Positions 25,485-37,961 of a DNA stretch of 52,893 bases are shown here, one piece after another (the stretch's first letter is position 1; each line of letters begins with the position of its first letter). The stretch is from the NCBI RefSeq assembly GCF_001194135.2, contig NC_068989.1, positions 45,673,387 to 45,726,279 of the forward strand. The letters are read 5' to 3'. The DNA is from Octopus bimaculoides. Its lineage: Eukaryota. The translations under genes and the position numbers were made by a program. The notes under the pieces are model-generated. The model did not search any database, was not told the origin of the DNA, and was given only the letters and a program-made list of their open reading frames with translations.

Positions 25485-25800
25485 AATTGGCAATGTAACA
25501 AACGCTACTCACACGAGTAATGTCACAGACCCTCTTCAATTTCCGATGTCACAGGCCCTTCCACATTAGCAATGTGACAAACCTTCCTACATTATCAATC
25601 ACAGAAATTTTAACATTAGCATTTTAACAATTGCTCCCATGCTTGCCATATCGAAGACACTTTCACGCTGGCAATGTCACAAAGACTTTCACATTTGCCA
25701 TGCCGTTGGCCTTCTCAAGAAAGTGAAGTCACAGTCCTCCTTACAGTTGCGACGCCACAAAGCTATCCATGTTAATGTCAGAGGCTCACTCACACAGGTA
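25485..25800 (+). repeat. Degenerate ~27-bp minisatellite
   Basis: Units ggcaatgtaacaaacgctactcacacg / agtaatgtcacagaccctcttcaattt / ccgatgtcacaggcccttccacatt / agcaatgtgacaaaccttcctacatt / ggcaatgtcacaaagactttcacattt. Confidence 0.55.
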
Positions 25801-26347
25801 TTTTGATAGACTATCGCGCGCATTCAGAATATCGCAGAACCTTGCAGAGTCACTGATTTAAGCTGAAAACAACACATGCTTTCTCTAGGGAAAATTAGAT
25901 AAACCATGTCAAATATCAAATCTCGAAATAATATTTACTATGTTGTACTATTCATTTGGTTTGTTTTCATTTGTGAGAAGAGGTAATCCCTTTTGTTATT
26001 TACATTGTGATTAGCTGTTTAATGGACATTCAGAAGAAACTTAAATCTTTTAATTGGTATATCGTGTGTGAAGGAGTGTTCTTCCACACATACATAGCTA
26101 CATGCATGCATATGCACGCAGGAATAAATAAATAAATACACGCATGCATAGATACATACATACATACATACATACATACATGCATGCATGCATGCATGAA
26201 TGCATACATACATACATAGATACATACATACATTCAAAAATACTCTGTTGGTGTTGTTGAAATTTCAATGAATGAGTCTTGGATCTAGGTTACAAAGCAG
26301 CTTTTTATCTATTGGCAGGAAATCGTGAAATAAAGCTGAATAATGAC

Positions 26348-26382
<35 letters not shown>

Positions 26383-26509
26383 CACACACGCACGTACATT
26401 CATACACAGAAATACAAACGTAATACATACATATATAATATATATATATACTTACATGTCGGTGTGCATGTATGTATGTATGTATGTATGTATGTATGTA
26501 TGTATACAC

Positions 26510-27330
26510 ATACTTTCAATTTACAGAAAACAAAAAGTCGAAGACAGGTGAAGAAACAACAAGCAGGTGTAATAGTTTGAAGCTCGGGAAGAATGGAAAC
26601 GTCTTTGACGGTTCTAACCTATGCTTTTCGATCGAAAAGAGTGAGAGGAANNNNNNNNNNNNNNNNNNNNNNNNNNNNNNNNNNNNNNNNNNNNNNNNNN
26701 NNNNNNNNNNNNNNNNNNNNNNNNNNNNNNNNNNNNNNNNNNNNNNNNNNNNNNNNNNNNNNNNNNNNNATATACATATATATGGTAGAATCATGTGGAC
26801 GCCTCTGATGAGAACCCAATATGGTTCGAAAATCGATTAAAGTTGTTCATTTATTCAGTCTAAGGAGAAAAGTTTAAAACTAGCCGTGTTTATAATTATA
26901 CCATATGTTGCACATTTACTATACCTCGATACTGTGTAGATTAAGATCCCCGTTGACAGGCCGCTGGTATTTATAGTGCTGAACACTTTCGGTATGCAAA
27001 TTACGGACTTCTTCACAGAGTAACTGCTGCATTTGTTGAATATATAAACAGTTTAGCTGCTTTCACTGGAGACTGTTACAATGATGTGGGCGCTTCTCCT
27101 GAGACCTCAATAATCGATTACGGTTTTTCATCATTTTCTTTTCAGTCTGCAGAGAAATGGCTAAAATTTACCCTGTTTCTCTCCGTGTTTATTTCTGTGT
27201 TCCTTTCAGTTAAAGAGCGTAGGCTGGAAACGGTAAAGACTTTCTCTATTCCTGAGCGTTATACTAATACATCCATTTGTTGTTTACACCACCTGTCTTT
27301 GTCTGTTGCTTATTTTTCGTAAATTTTTCT
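26510..27330. mobile_element. Putative Penelope-like remnant: hammerhead bracketed by an inverted pair of ~130-bp repeats
   Basis: 26510-26650 is a diverged reverse complement of 27200-27330; a hammerhead lies at 26799-26845; microsatellites flank both ends. An N gap interrupts the unit, so contiguity is unproven. Confidence 0.4.
26799..26845 (+). ncRNA. Minimal type I hammerhead ribozyme motif with a canonical core
   Basis: acgcct-CTGATGA(26805-26811)-GAACC caatat GGTTC-GAAA(26828-26831)-A TCGA T-TA(26838-26839)/aagttg. Stem II is a perfect 5 bp, the stem III region is the palindrome AATCGATT, and the cleavage triplet is UUA. Stem I is weak in cis. Confidence 0.7.
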
Positions 27331-27789
27331 ATATATATATACACTCACACATACGCATACAATTTATAGTTCCTGGACATTTCACCGTTAAATCTAGTTT
27401 CTCGATGATATGAAAGTCTTAATGATGAAACTTCGAATTAAACTGTTACTATTGTCGTTAGATAATTTTCGACGCTATGTACGCAATCGCCGGTTTTCAT
27501 TCAATGAATGTTTTGCATGTTTAGTTATCAAGTAAGAAAACTTAATAACCTAGCAGTTTTACAAACAAACAAACATAGTCACACATACACACGCATACCT
27601 CAGAAACGCATGCAAACACACAACACACACGCATATCTCTTTGTAAAACGCCAAAGAAATTCAGATAGTTATATTGATGATGTGCGTAGTGTTATAACAC
27701 ACTTTGTTTTCCCAAACCTTATTCATCCATACATATACCACGGAATCTATCAAAATCTGTGTATGTTTAGACGTGTGTTATTAATATCG

Positions 27790-28000
27790 GTTTGAAATTC
27801 TGGAATTTTGAGACAAGGGGAGGATTCAAGTCGATTACATCGATCCTAATACTTAGCTGGTACTTATTGTATCGACCCCGAAAGGATGAAAGGCAAATTC
27901 GACCTCGGTGGAATTGAACTCAGAACAACGTAAAGACGGACGAAATGCAGCTAAGCATTTTACTCGGCGTTGCTAACAATTCTGACAGTTCATCGCCTTA
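27790..28000 (-). mobile_element. SINE family B copy
   Basis: gtcgattacatcgatcc..ctggtacttattgtatcgaccccgaaaggatgaaaggcaaattcgacctcgg..gctaacaattctgacagttcatcgcc. Confidence 0.75.
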
Positions 28001-29170
28001 CACGTGATATTAATGTTACAATGTTTTATGTGCAGAACATTTAGTTCTACATATGTCACTTCATTTCGTTATGGAACATAGACGTTAGATCTTCTGGAGA
28101 AAACATCAATATGCCTGATAGGTATTTGATGGATATATCTGATCTAGACGTTTCTGCAAATTGATAATGGAACGCCCGGCAATAATTTCAATTAATTTTA
28201 ATATCACATACTTATTTCTTCTTTTATTGACCAAGTAACTAAGGTATAAAGATTTTACTAAAATGAAAAATGTCACGTTACATTTTTATCTTCTCACATT
28301 GAATAGGCTGCTTATAAATTTTAATAACATATTGTGTCGTAATTTTTCTTTTACGTTACAAAAACATTTTTTTCTTTTGTTTAGCCGATAAATCATCGGA
28401 GATTCTCTATTATTGTGTTTAATTATGTGACTAAAACCGTTAATAACAGCAAATATTGTTATAAAAAATACAATAAAAAAAGAAAATGAAATAAGCGATC
28501 AAGGAACAACAAGGGTAAAGAAATTCAATAATGCATTGATTACTTTAATTAATAGCACAGTCTCATTTTGTTAATAGCTTTTTAAACGAAATAATGATTT
28601 AGGCGAAATGATTTGGGGTATGGCTACTTTCGATTTAATTTTAATTTGATTGCGTATGTGTATTTTATGATGGAATATTAAATAACGAAGAGCTAAAGGA
28701 GGTGCTATCAATAATTGTTTAATACGATGTGTTATGTGAACACTTATGTGTTGTAATGGATATCAACTCTTAAAATAATATAATATTGTAGATATACTTC
28801 AAGTATTGAATCATACAATTATGACAAAGCGTAAGTGATGTGAATTTCGTGCTCTTGTGAGATTTTGGATGAAGAATCATTTATGTACTGGTATGATCTT
28901 GTGAAGATTTCTCGTTTTCCTACGTATTTCTAATCCTCTTTCATTTGTGATATTGATTAACCATTATTCTAAATCATTCTTTAAGTATCAAAGAATTAAT
29001 GAGAAAGTTGTATAAGTTACGTGGTTCGCTTTGTCTTTAAAGTAGGTGCGAAACCTTGTGAAACTGAAAATATACTGTATTTGCATTTTTAAAGTTAAAT
29101 CTGATTCAGTGGTATTCTGTGAATCGTCTAGATGTGGCACGCAATGCAGATCCACCTCCGTTATGAATGT

Positions 29171-29173
<3 letters not shown>

Positions 29174-29242
<69 letters not shown>

Positions 29243-29270
29243 CGCGCGTGTGCGCCCGCGCGCATGTGCG
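29174..29270. repeat. (GT)n-(GC)n alternating purine-pyrimidine tract
   Basis: Directly visible. Confidence 0.9.
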
Positions 29271-30446
29271 TACTTATATATCTATGTTCTGGTTTAAATC
29301 GTTTACCCGTTTAGAAGTCAACTTTCACTCGACATTTGTTTTCGTAGTTATCTTTAGAGGAGATATCTCGAATTTGCGTCATCTCGAGATACATACTAAC
29401 AATTACAAAAATGGAGAATGTTCTTTATATATATATGCAAAAAAGTTATCGTTTCGTTTGCTGGAGATGAAACATTGAATACCGTATAGGTCTAGTGTCT
29501 TAAATTCGTTTCCTTGTAGTCTTCCATATAGACATTTCGAAAAACATAACATGTGAGTACTTCTGTAAAAGGGCTCCTTCAAATAATTTTAATCATTATG
29601 CTCATATCGCAGTAATCCTCTATCGTTTCCACTTTTAAAATAGCATACGATGTAGGAGAATAAAATAAAACGAGCTGCAGGTTTTTTTATGCCTCTTACA
29701 CCTCCGTAAGTCATATTTTCACTTGCAAGTGGTTGATGCACAACTTCTGTTTTTGTTTTGCTTTCGGAGCCGGTTTATCATTGCCTTTCATTTTTCCTAA
29801 AATCAAATCAATACTTGAATAAATTTCATGTTTTTTCTTCCACTGTTTAGAATGATGTATCGTGCCTTTTTAGAAATAGAATATAGAAATGTTCATGCTT
29901 TGGTATATCTATTAATATATTTTTATTTGCTGATATTTAGATTGCAATTTGTATTGTTTTATTTTATGAGCTGCCTATTGTAGAGGTTCTGTGTTGTGTG
30001 TAAGTGTTCTATTTGAAATGTGCTATAGTATCAATAATTTCTATCGAAGTGAATTTACTGCTCCAAGCAGAGCTATATTATAGATGTGGGTAGTGGAGAG
30101 CGTGTATTTGTATGAATCCTGATAAAACTTCCATGTTTTTGTTCATATTTATATCATATGTCCTAATCCTTACTAGCATTGCTTTCACTTTCAAGCCCGA
30201 CGTAAAAATTTCGATTTCAAGAAGTGAGAAAACCTCACTGAAGAGGTTGCTAATGCCAATGAAAGGATTTTGAGAAACGTAGCAGTGATTGATTAAACAA
30301 ATGTTAAATCGAATAATCAATTGGTTAACTGGTTAAATACCTGTCTATTGACGAATAATAAAGAGGTGGAATGGAAGAGTTGTGTTTGTTTATTCTATTA
30401 TTGGCATAATTATGTTCTTGAGTTGCTACGATACATGCACACATGC

Positions 30447-30482
<36 letters not shown>

Positions 30483-30859
30483 AAATATGTATATGTGCAT
30501 GTATGTATGTAGGTATATTCATGTATGTATGCAGGTATGTATGTATGTATATATGTATGGATGTATATATANNNNNNNNNNNNNNNNNNNNNNNNNNNNN
30601 NNNNNNNNNNNNNNNNNNNNNNNNNNNNNNNNNNNNNNNNNNNNNNNNNNNNNNNNNNNNNNNNNNNNNNNNNNNNNNNNNNNNNNNNNNNNNNNNNNNN
30701 NNNNNNNNNNNNNNNNNNNNNNNNNNNNNNNNNNNNNNNNNNNNNNNNNNNNNNNNNNNNNNNNNNNNNNNNNNNNNNNNNNNNNNNNNNNNNNNNNNNN
30801 NNNNNNNNNNNNNNNNNNNNNNNNNNNNNNNNNNNNNNNNNNNNNNNNNNNNNNNATAT

Positions 30860-30896
<37 letters not shown>

Positions 30897-31301
30897 CAGA
30901 TATATATATATATATATACATATATAATCAGATGAATAATTACATACCTGACAATTATCCATCGTCTGTTATTATTAATTTGATTATAATACACCAAGGG
31001 GATTTACGACTTGTCGGATACACTAGAGTATACCAACCACGAACAATTGAACGTAACGCGTGCTCTGGACCAGCCCCTTCGCGCTAAATACTCATAGGGC
31101 TCGTTTTCTCTGTGTACACAATCGGAATATCCTATTTGATACCTCCCAATCATAGTACGGAACCACAGGTCTATCTAACCCTACATGGTGCATCGTTTGT
31201 AATTTATACATATCAGTATATCAACTCTTTTGCCCTATTTACGAGTACCTGTTACTTCTGATTCACGGATACTTAGAAGACCACACACACACATACACAC
31301 G

Positions 31302-31333
<32 letters not shown>

Positions 31334-32374
31334 CACACACNNNNNNNNNNNNNNNNNNNNNNNNNNNNNNNNNNNNNNNNNNNNNNNNNNNNNNNNNNNN
31401 NNNNNNNNNNNNNNNNNNNNNNNNNNNNNNNNNNNNNNNNNNNNNNNNNNNNNNNNNNNNNNNNNNNNNNNNNNNNNNNNNNNNNNNNNNNNNNNNNNNN
31501 NNNNNNNNNNNNNNNNNNNNNNNNNNNNNNNNNNNNNNNNNNNNNNNNNNNNNNNNNNNNNNNNNNNNNNNNNNNNNNNNNNNNNNNNNNNNNNNNNNNN
31601 NNNNNNNNNNNNNNNNNNNNNNNNNNNNNNNNNNNATATATATATATGTATTTATATATATGTATGTAGATATATGTATGTGTGTATATATAATATTGTA
31701 TATGTGTGCGTGTGCGTGTATATATGTATGTATGTACTTAACAAATTGACTTATTTCATATTTCCCCATTGGAAATATATTTCTTCCCTGTAATTTCTTA
31801 CTATTGATTCGCACTTATGGTGTCATTTAGCCATAAGAATGCATTTACATACCTAGTTTGCTAACAATTTTAAATAGCATTTTCACAAATTCATCGCTCG
31901 AAACATTTTTAAAGTTGAAAAACAATTTGCTGTACCATACTAAAATAGCATTAAGTATTGTATAACAGTTTGTGATTGCTCTTCCTACAACGAGTAAGCA
32001 GATTGTAATAACTCTCTCACACACATACACATGTGTATATATGTATGTGTGTGTATGTATGTATGTATGTATGTATGTATGTATGTTTGTATGTATGTAT
32101 AAGCGGGAAGAAGAGAAAGACTGAGGGAAAGACAGGAAACATGGAGTGAGAGCACAATGGAAATAAGATACTTCAGGCAATTGACAGCAGACAGAAACAC
32201 TTCTTACCCATTAAAAATCTCTACGACGTAACGTTATTGCAATATTAAAATGCTTCTATATACGAAAATTTGGCAATTATGTAATTTAGTAATAATTGTA
32301 CAGGCTAAATTATTTTGCGCAATCTTCCTAACATATTTTTTAGGAAGTACGTAAAGACAAACATATTTATGTAC

Positions 32375-32426
<52 letters not shown>

Positions 32427-33200
32427 ATTTCTGTTTGTGTATGTGGACGTGTTTGTGCGTGTGTGGAGAAGGGTAGGGGGTATGTGATATATGTAAAATA
32501 TAATCATACATGCTTTTCATGTATTGCGTAACTTTTTCTTTGCCAAATCTATTCCAAAGTAACAGTTACTCTGGATATTAATAGAGGTAATGATAAATAA
32601 CCATAGAAATATGTATATTTTATCTCATACTTGTTTCAGACATTAAGCTGCGAACAAGCTGGGGTATCGAATTAATCTCAATACATTTTTCTTTAAGCCT
32701 GGGACAGATCCGTTTCTTTTTGTCGAACGATTAAATTACAGGGTAATAACTAGACCAACACCGGTTGCGAAGCGGTGGCGGGGGACATACACAAACGCAC
32801 TCACACACTGACACATGCACACTCGCATACGCAACCACACACACACGCGCACACACAAACACACACACATACGCACAGACGCACAAACATGCGCACACTG
32901 TTTAATAACGGTTTCACTCAGCTCCATAGGAATTAAAGTTTCGAGGACGCGTAGGAGTCGTGCATCTTATCAGATATGAGATATCTCCAGTTATATGATA
33001 AGATGAAGAGATCCAATCCTCAAAATTTTAATTCATATGCGGATAAGTCAAAGTGTTCTTTTAGTAAATATGTAAGATCTACCTAATGTGATAGGTGTCA
33101 CTTTCTGTCAACTGTCCAATGAATGATGTGTATGTCACTTGTAATTTTCCTTTTTGCTGAAACATTGCAAAATGCTGCTTACAACAATTTTATGTATATA

Positions 33201-33560
33201 GTCGCAGGTGTGGCTGTGTGGTAAGAAGCTTCCTTCCCAAACACATATGTTCCAGTTTCAGTCCCACTGCATGGCATCTTGGGCAAGTGTCTTCTATTAT
33301 AGCCTCGGGCCGACCAAAGCCCTGTGAGTGGATTTGGTAGACGGAAACTGAAAGAAATCCGTCGTATATATAAATCTATATATTATATATATATGCGTGT
33401 GAGTGTATTTATGTGTGTACGTGTGTATATGTATGTGTGTATGTACGCAATTGTGTCTGTGTTTGTCTCCCCACCCTCATCGACTGAAATAGAGATCGAC
33501 TAAATTAGTACTAGGCTTAGAAAGAATAAGTCCTGGGGTCGATTTGTTCGACTAAAAAAA
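33201..33560 (+). mobile_element. SINE family A copy (internally deleted 3' half)
   Basis: A-box-like tggctgtgtgg, B-box-like gtttcagtccc, body ggcatcttgggcaagtgtcttc..gtagacggaaactgaaagaa, internal microsatellite, tail cctggggtcgatttgttcgactaaa. Confidence 0.8.
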
Positions 33561-33624
33561 TTCGCGCATATGCATTGTTTGTTTTGGATTATGTCGACTA
33601 CACAGTATAGTAGTAGCAGTTGGG

Positions 33625-34103
33625 CACCGTCTGTGAGAAAAACACCACCGTAACGCAATTCACTCTGCCTGAAATTTGGAAACTTGTTATTCTACTGCTT
33701 GGCATTCGTGCTGGAATCTCCAATATAAATATTTCAGGGTGTTTGGGTGTTAATCTGAGGACAGTGAAGAAGATTCGGAAATAGTTGTATGAGTTTAATG
33801 ATGATTACGAAGGTACGGCACAGCTCGGAAAACTCACTCTGATCGTTCTAATAAGAAGAGAACTCCGGAATTTGTTGAAGAGATCCAGGTCATGATTGAC
33901 AATCGGGTTAATCGGGTCAATCAGGACATAAGAGTGTCTGAGTTTCTTATGAGGTAGGTATTGCATCATGACATTAGGTATTCCTCACACACGATGAGAA
34001 AGGGCCAATTTTTATCCCAAGCTATCAAGAGCAAGAGAAAATACCTCGTACGAAGTGTTTGAACAAACTCAAGCATACTCTCCAACCGAACATGCTTTGA
34101 TTA
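33625..34103 (+). mobile_element. Tc1/mariner (DD37D/maT-like) transposase N-terminal fragment
   Basis: TQFTLPEIWKLVILLLGIRAG..GVNLRTVKKIRK*..RKTHSDRSNKKRTPEFVEEIQVMID..IRYSSHTMRKGQFLSQAIK..LNKLKHTLQPNML*; it stops just before the first catalytic D. The subgroup assignment is from recall. Confidence 0.75.
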
Positions 34104-34925
34104 ATTCAATCACAAAGAAGTTCACAGTAACAGCATTTTCATTATTGCCTTCAAAAAAAGTAAATGCAAATTACAGCAGCTTTTCCAACAGCACACCAGA
34201 TCGTCACTTTTCGGTTTTGCAGTGGTCTTTCGTGCAGTTGTCTCGGATTTTCAAGACCCAATAAAGACAGTTCTGTTGATTTACCATGCCACTGAGATGG
34301 AAATGAGCTTCATCACTAATTAAAAAAATAAGGGTGTCATTTGCCTCAAAAATTGCTTCCTTCTCACGTATGTAGTTGAGCCGCTGTGCATAGTCCCATG
34401 GTTTCAACTGTAGCCCAATGACTAATTTGTACAGGTGGAAATGCAGGTCTCCATGCAAAATACGCCTTACCGATCGATTACTGATGCCAACTTGAGTGGA
34501 ATGCTTCCGAGCAGAGCGATTCGGACTTTGTATCAAAGCTTATCTGATGCGTTCCACATTTTCCGGGATCCGTACCGTTCGTGGCGTTCCCATCAGTTTC
34601 TTATTCATTAGTACATCTCGTGTACGAAGTGCATTCACCCAACGTACGATTGTGTTACGGGTGGGAACAGCCCGATTTCGGTGAATGTAGAAGTGGCCCC
34701 GAAACTCATGCTGAACTGCTGTGACAGACTCATTATTCTTCATGTTACTGTCATAGGTAAACACGTGATGCTCTATCGTACACAGTGCCATAACTTCACC
34801 TGAAAAGAAAGGAAATAATGCTAAAACACTACGAATCAAACGGTATCTGTCGGACAAATGTCCCTCCCTCTGGGACTGAGTAATAACCGTTTTAAAAATG
34901 TCCGTCCTCTTTGCCCCACTCTGTA
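34104..34925 (-). mobile_element. Tc1/mariner rosa-like (DD41D, DUF4817-type N-terminus) left half
   Basis: TA (34924-34925) followed by TIR cagagtggggcaaagagg; MALCTIEHHVF..VPTRNTIVRWVNALR..RTVRIPENVERIR / SPNRSARKH..ISNRSVRRILHGDLHFHLYK..FLISDEAHFHLSGMVNQQNC..EKVTIWCAVG..YFFEG..AVTVN. Only the first catalytic D is present. Confidence 0.85.
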
Positions 34926-34933
34926 TCTCTGTA

Positions 34934-34969
<36 letters not shown>

Positions 34970-36359
34970 TATATATAATATATATATATATATATNNNNN
35001 NNNNNNNNNNNNNNNNNNNNNNNNNNNNNNNNNNNNNNNNNNNNNNNNNNNNNNNNNNNNNNNNNNNNNNNNNNNNNNNNNNNNNNNNNNNNNNNNNNNN
35101 NNNNNNNNNNNNNNNNNNNNNNNNNNNNNNNNNNNNNNNNNNNNNNNNNNNNNNNNNNNNNNNNNNNNNNNNNNNNNNNNNNNNNNNNNNNNNNNNNNNN
35201 NNNNNNNNNNNNNNNNNNNNNNNNNNNNNNNNNNNNNNNNNNNNNNNNNNNNNNNNNNNNNNNNNNNNNNNNNNNNNNNNNNNNNNNNNNNNNNNNNNNN
35301 NNNNNNNNNNNNNNNNNNNNNNNNNNNNNNNNNNNNNNNNNNNNNNNNNNNNNNNNNNNNNNNNNNNNNNNNNNNNNNNNNNNNNNNNNNNNNNNNNNNN
35401 NNNNNNNNNNNNNNNNNNNNNNNNNNNNNNNNNNNNNNNNNNNNNNNNNNNNNNNNNNNNNNNNNNNNNNNNNNNNNNNNNNNNNNNNNNNNNNNNNNNN
35501 NNNNNNNNNNNNNNNNNNNNNNNNNNNNNNNNNNNNNNNNNNNNNNNNNNNNNNNNNNNNNNNNNNNNNNNNNNNNNNNNNNNNNNNNNNNNNNNNNNNN
35601 NNNNNNNNNNNNNNNNNNNNNNNNNNNNNNNNNNNNNNNNNNNNNNNNNNNNNNNNNNNNNNNNNNNNNNNNNNNNNNNNNNNNNNNNNNNNNNNNNNNN
35701 NNNNNNNNNNNNNNNNNNNNNNNNNNNNNNNNNNNNNNNNNNNNNNNNNNNNNNNNNNNNNNNNNNNNNNNNNNNNNNNNNNNNNNNNNNNNNNNNNNNN
35801 NNNNNNNNNNNNNNNNNNNNNNNATATATATATATATATATATAAGGGTACTATATATATAGGGGTACTTGTCTGTATTTAAGGGCGGCCGGAAGCGCTG
35901 CTGCGCTCGTATCGAACAGTGCGAACCAGTGCTCATTGTTGGATAGATATATTCTTCATTTTTTTATTAACGAGGCAACCAGTGGTTTCTTGTGCAAAAG
36001 GTCACCACCATTATTCAAATGAACCACATTGGAATATTACTTTTCGTCTTAATTTTACGAGTACCAACATTTCCAAGGTGCTGATTAAATAACTGAATAC
36101 TTCTGGAGTTCTCTCCGCATGAAAACATTGGTCTCCTTATTATATAGTGGATTTTATTTTTGTACGTTGTATTTTGAAGATGCAGATTTTCGCTCAAATG
36201 AATTACCTCCTCAATTAACCCTTAAGTGGCTTAACACTCCACAAAATGATGTGTTACTTTATAAACTAATCTACATGCAAATTTAGCGTATATATTTATT
36301 TAAGAGGACATGCAACTGGATCGAACCTCGTGGCTAAAACCCAATCTTAAAGATCGGCT

Positions 36360-36480
36360 CTTTGGAACGATACAGATTGAATAAGTACCAGACTCAAAAT
36401 ATATACTAGAGTCGATATGATGCAGTAAACGCCTCAAAGCGCAGCACCATCTTGGCCGCAATACATTGCCTGAAACACAT
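36360..36480 (+). mobile_element. Degenerate SINE 3' tail
   Basis: gaataagtaccagactc..gagtcgatatgatgcagtaaac..cttggccgcaatacattgcctgaaaca. Confidence 0.35.
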
Positions 36481-36919
36481 AGAAGAGGAGGCTAAAGCAA
36501 AGTGTGTACATGACTGAAAGTATGTGTGTGTTTGTGTATAAGTTCAGTATAGCACTCCATATGAGAGTTCTCACAGTTAATCTTATTACCCGCTCATTCT
36601 TTTTGTCTGTCAATCAGCAAGTTTTATTAACAAACTTCGTATTAATTTCTAATTATAACCCTCATGCCTTTCAATGAAGAACAGAGAATGCAACATTCTT
36701 TCATTTTCTTTATCTTTGCCGAACTTCTTCCTACTCCCTCTTACTAACTCTCTCGTTCTTTTTTACTCTCTGTCTCTGTCTCTCTCTCTCTCTCTTTGTC
36801 TCCTCTCATCCTTTGTCTCAAAGTTTCTTTCTCCCCCTCTCTAATTTTCATTATTTCTTAATGCTAGTTTAGATAGACCGTGAGTATTTTTAAAGAAAAT
36901 CTTTTCTTCGTCTCCGTCT

Positions 36920-37030
<111 letters not shown>

Positions 37031-37147
37031 CATCGCATTATCATCATATATATTTTATACTTTTACTCTTCTCTTCAACTTTAAAATTTCAAAAATAATA
37101 ACTCGAGCTATTTTCAGCCCGACATATTTGTGTCTATAGCAAGTTTT

Positions 37148-37199
<52 letters not shown>

Positions 37200-37242
37200 A
37201 AGTCTGCTTTCCTGTCTATTTGTTATATATTACGCACGCATG

Positions 37243-37274
<32 letters not shown>

Positions 37275-37961
37275 GAGAGGCACACAGAGAGGCACACATA
37301 CATTAATACACACACTCATACATAATTATAAAAGTATCTATTCGTATATATATATATATGTGAGTGTGTGTATGTGTATGCATTGCGGGTACCGCGCATG
37401 TGTGTGCGTGTATGTATGTACGCATCTAATTTTCTATTCATTATTTTCCTAAACAACTCACTCTTGTCTCTCTATTCGACTTTCCTTTTACAATTCTATT
37501 GGGCAAAATACGATTGTCGAATCAATAGTATTTGGTCAGGTCATCCTAACCGTGATTTCACATGGTTTCTGTGCAAGTAGGAAAGTGTTGTATGTAACAA
37601 AGTGCTTGTATGTGTGATAAACGCAGTCTTGTCTGTAGAAAACTTGTCTTCGAAATCACCAAAAGGTCGAATATATTGATACTAAATCGAATTTATTGAT
37701 AATAGGTATCGTCTTCACTCAGACTGTTACGTATATTTTTATATATGTATGTGTATGCGTATTGATTTTACTGCCTACTGGAATCGATATGAAGAGGACG
37801 TGTGAGAGAAGTAGAAATGAAAGAGAAGAATACGAGATAATCCAGTGCGTGAGAGAGATGTGGACATGTAAGAGGCATGGCGTAATAGAAGAGGACTGGG
37901 CAAATGAGTGGGTTACTGATTGGAGGGCTGGCAGAGATGGAGCGGATGATAGTGCATTTTG

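Noticed and set aside
30078-30320. 80-aa minus ORF faintly like an hAT dimerisation domain
   Set aside because: The similarity is too weak and frame-dependent to call without a search; no TIR was seen.
33201-33270. tRNA-like A/B boxes in SINE heads (also 4590-4660, 5310-5375, 43010-43073)
   Set aside because: No cloverleaf or anticodon arm can be folded; these are SINE heads, not tRNA genes.
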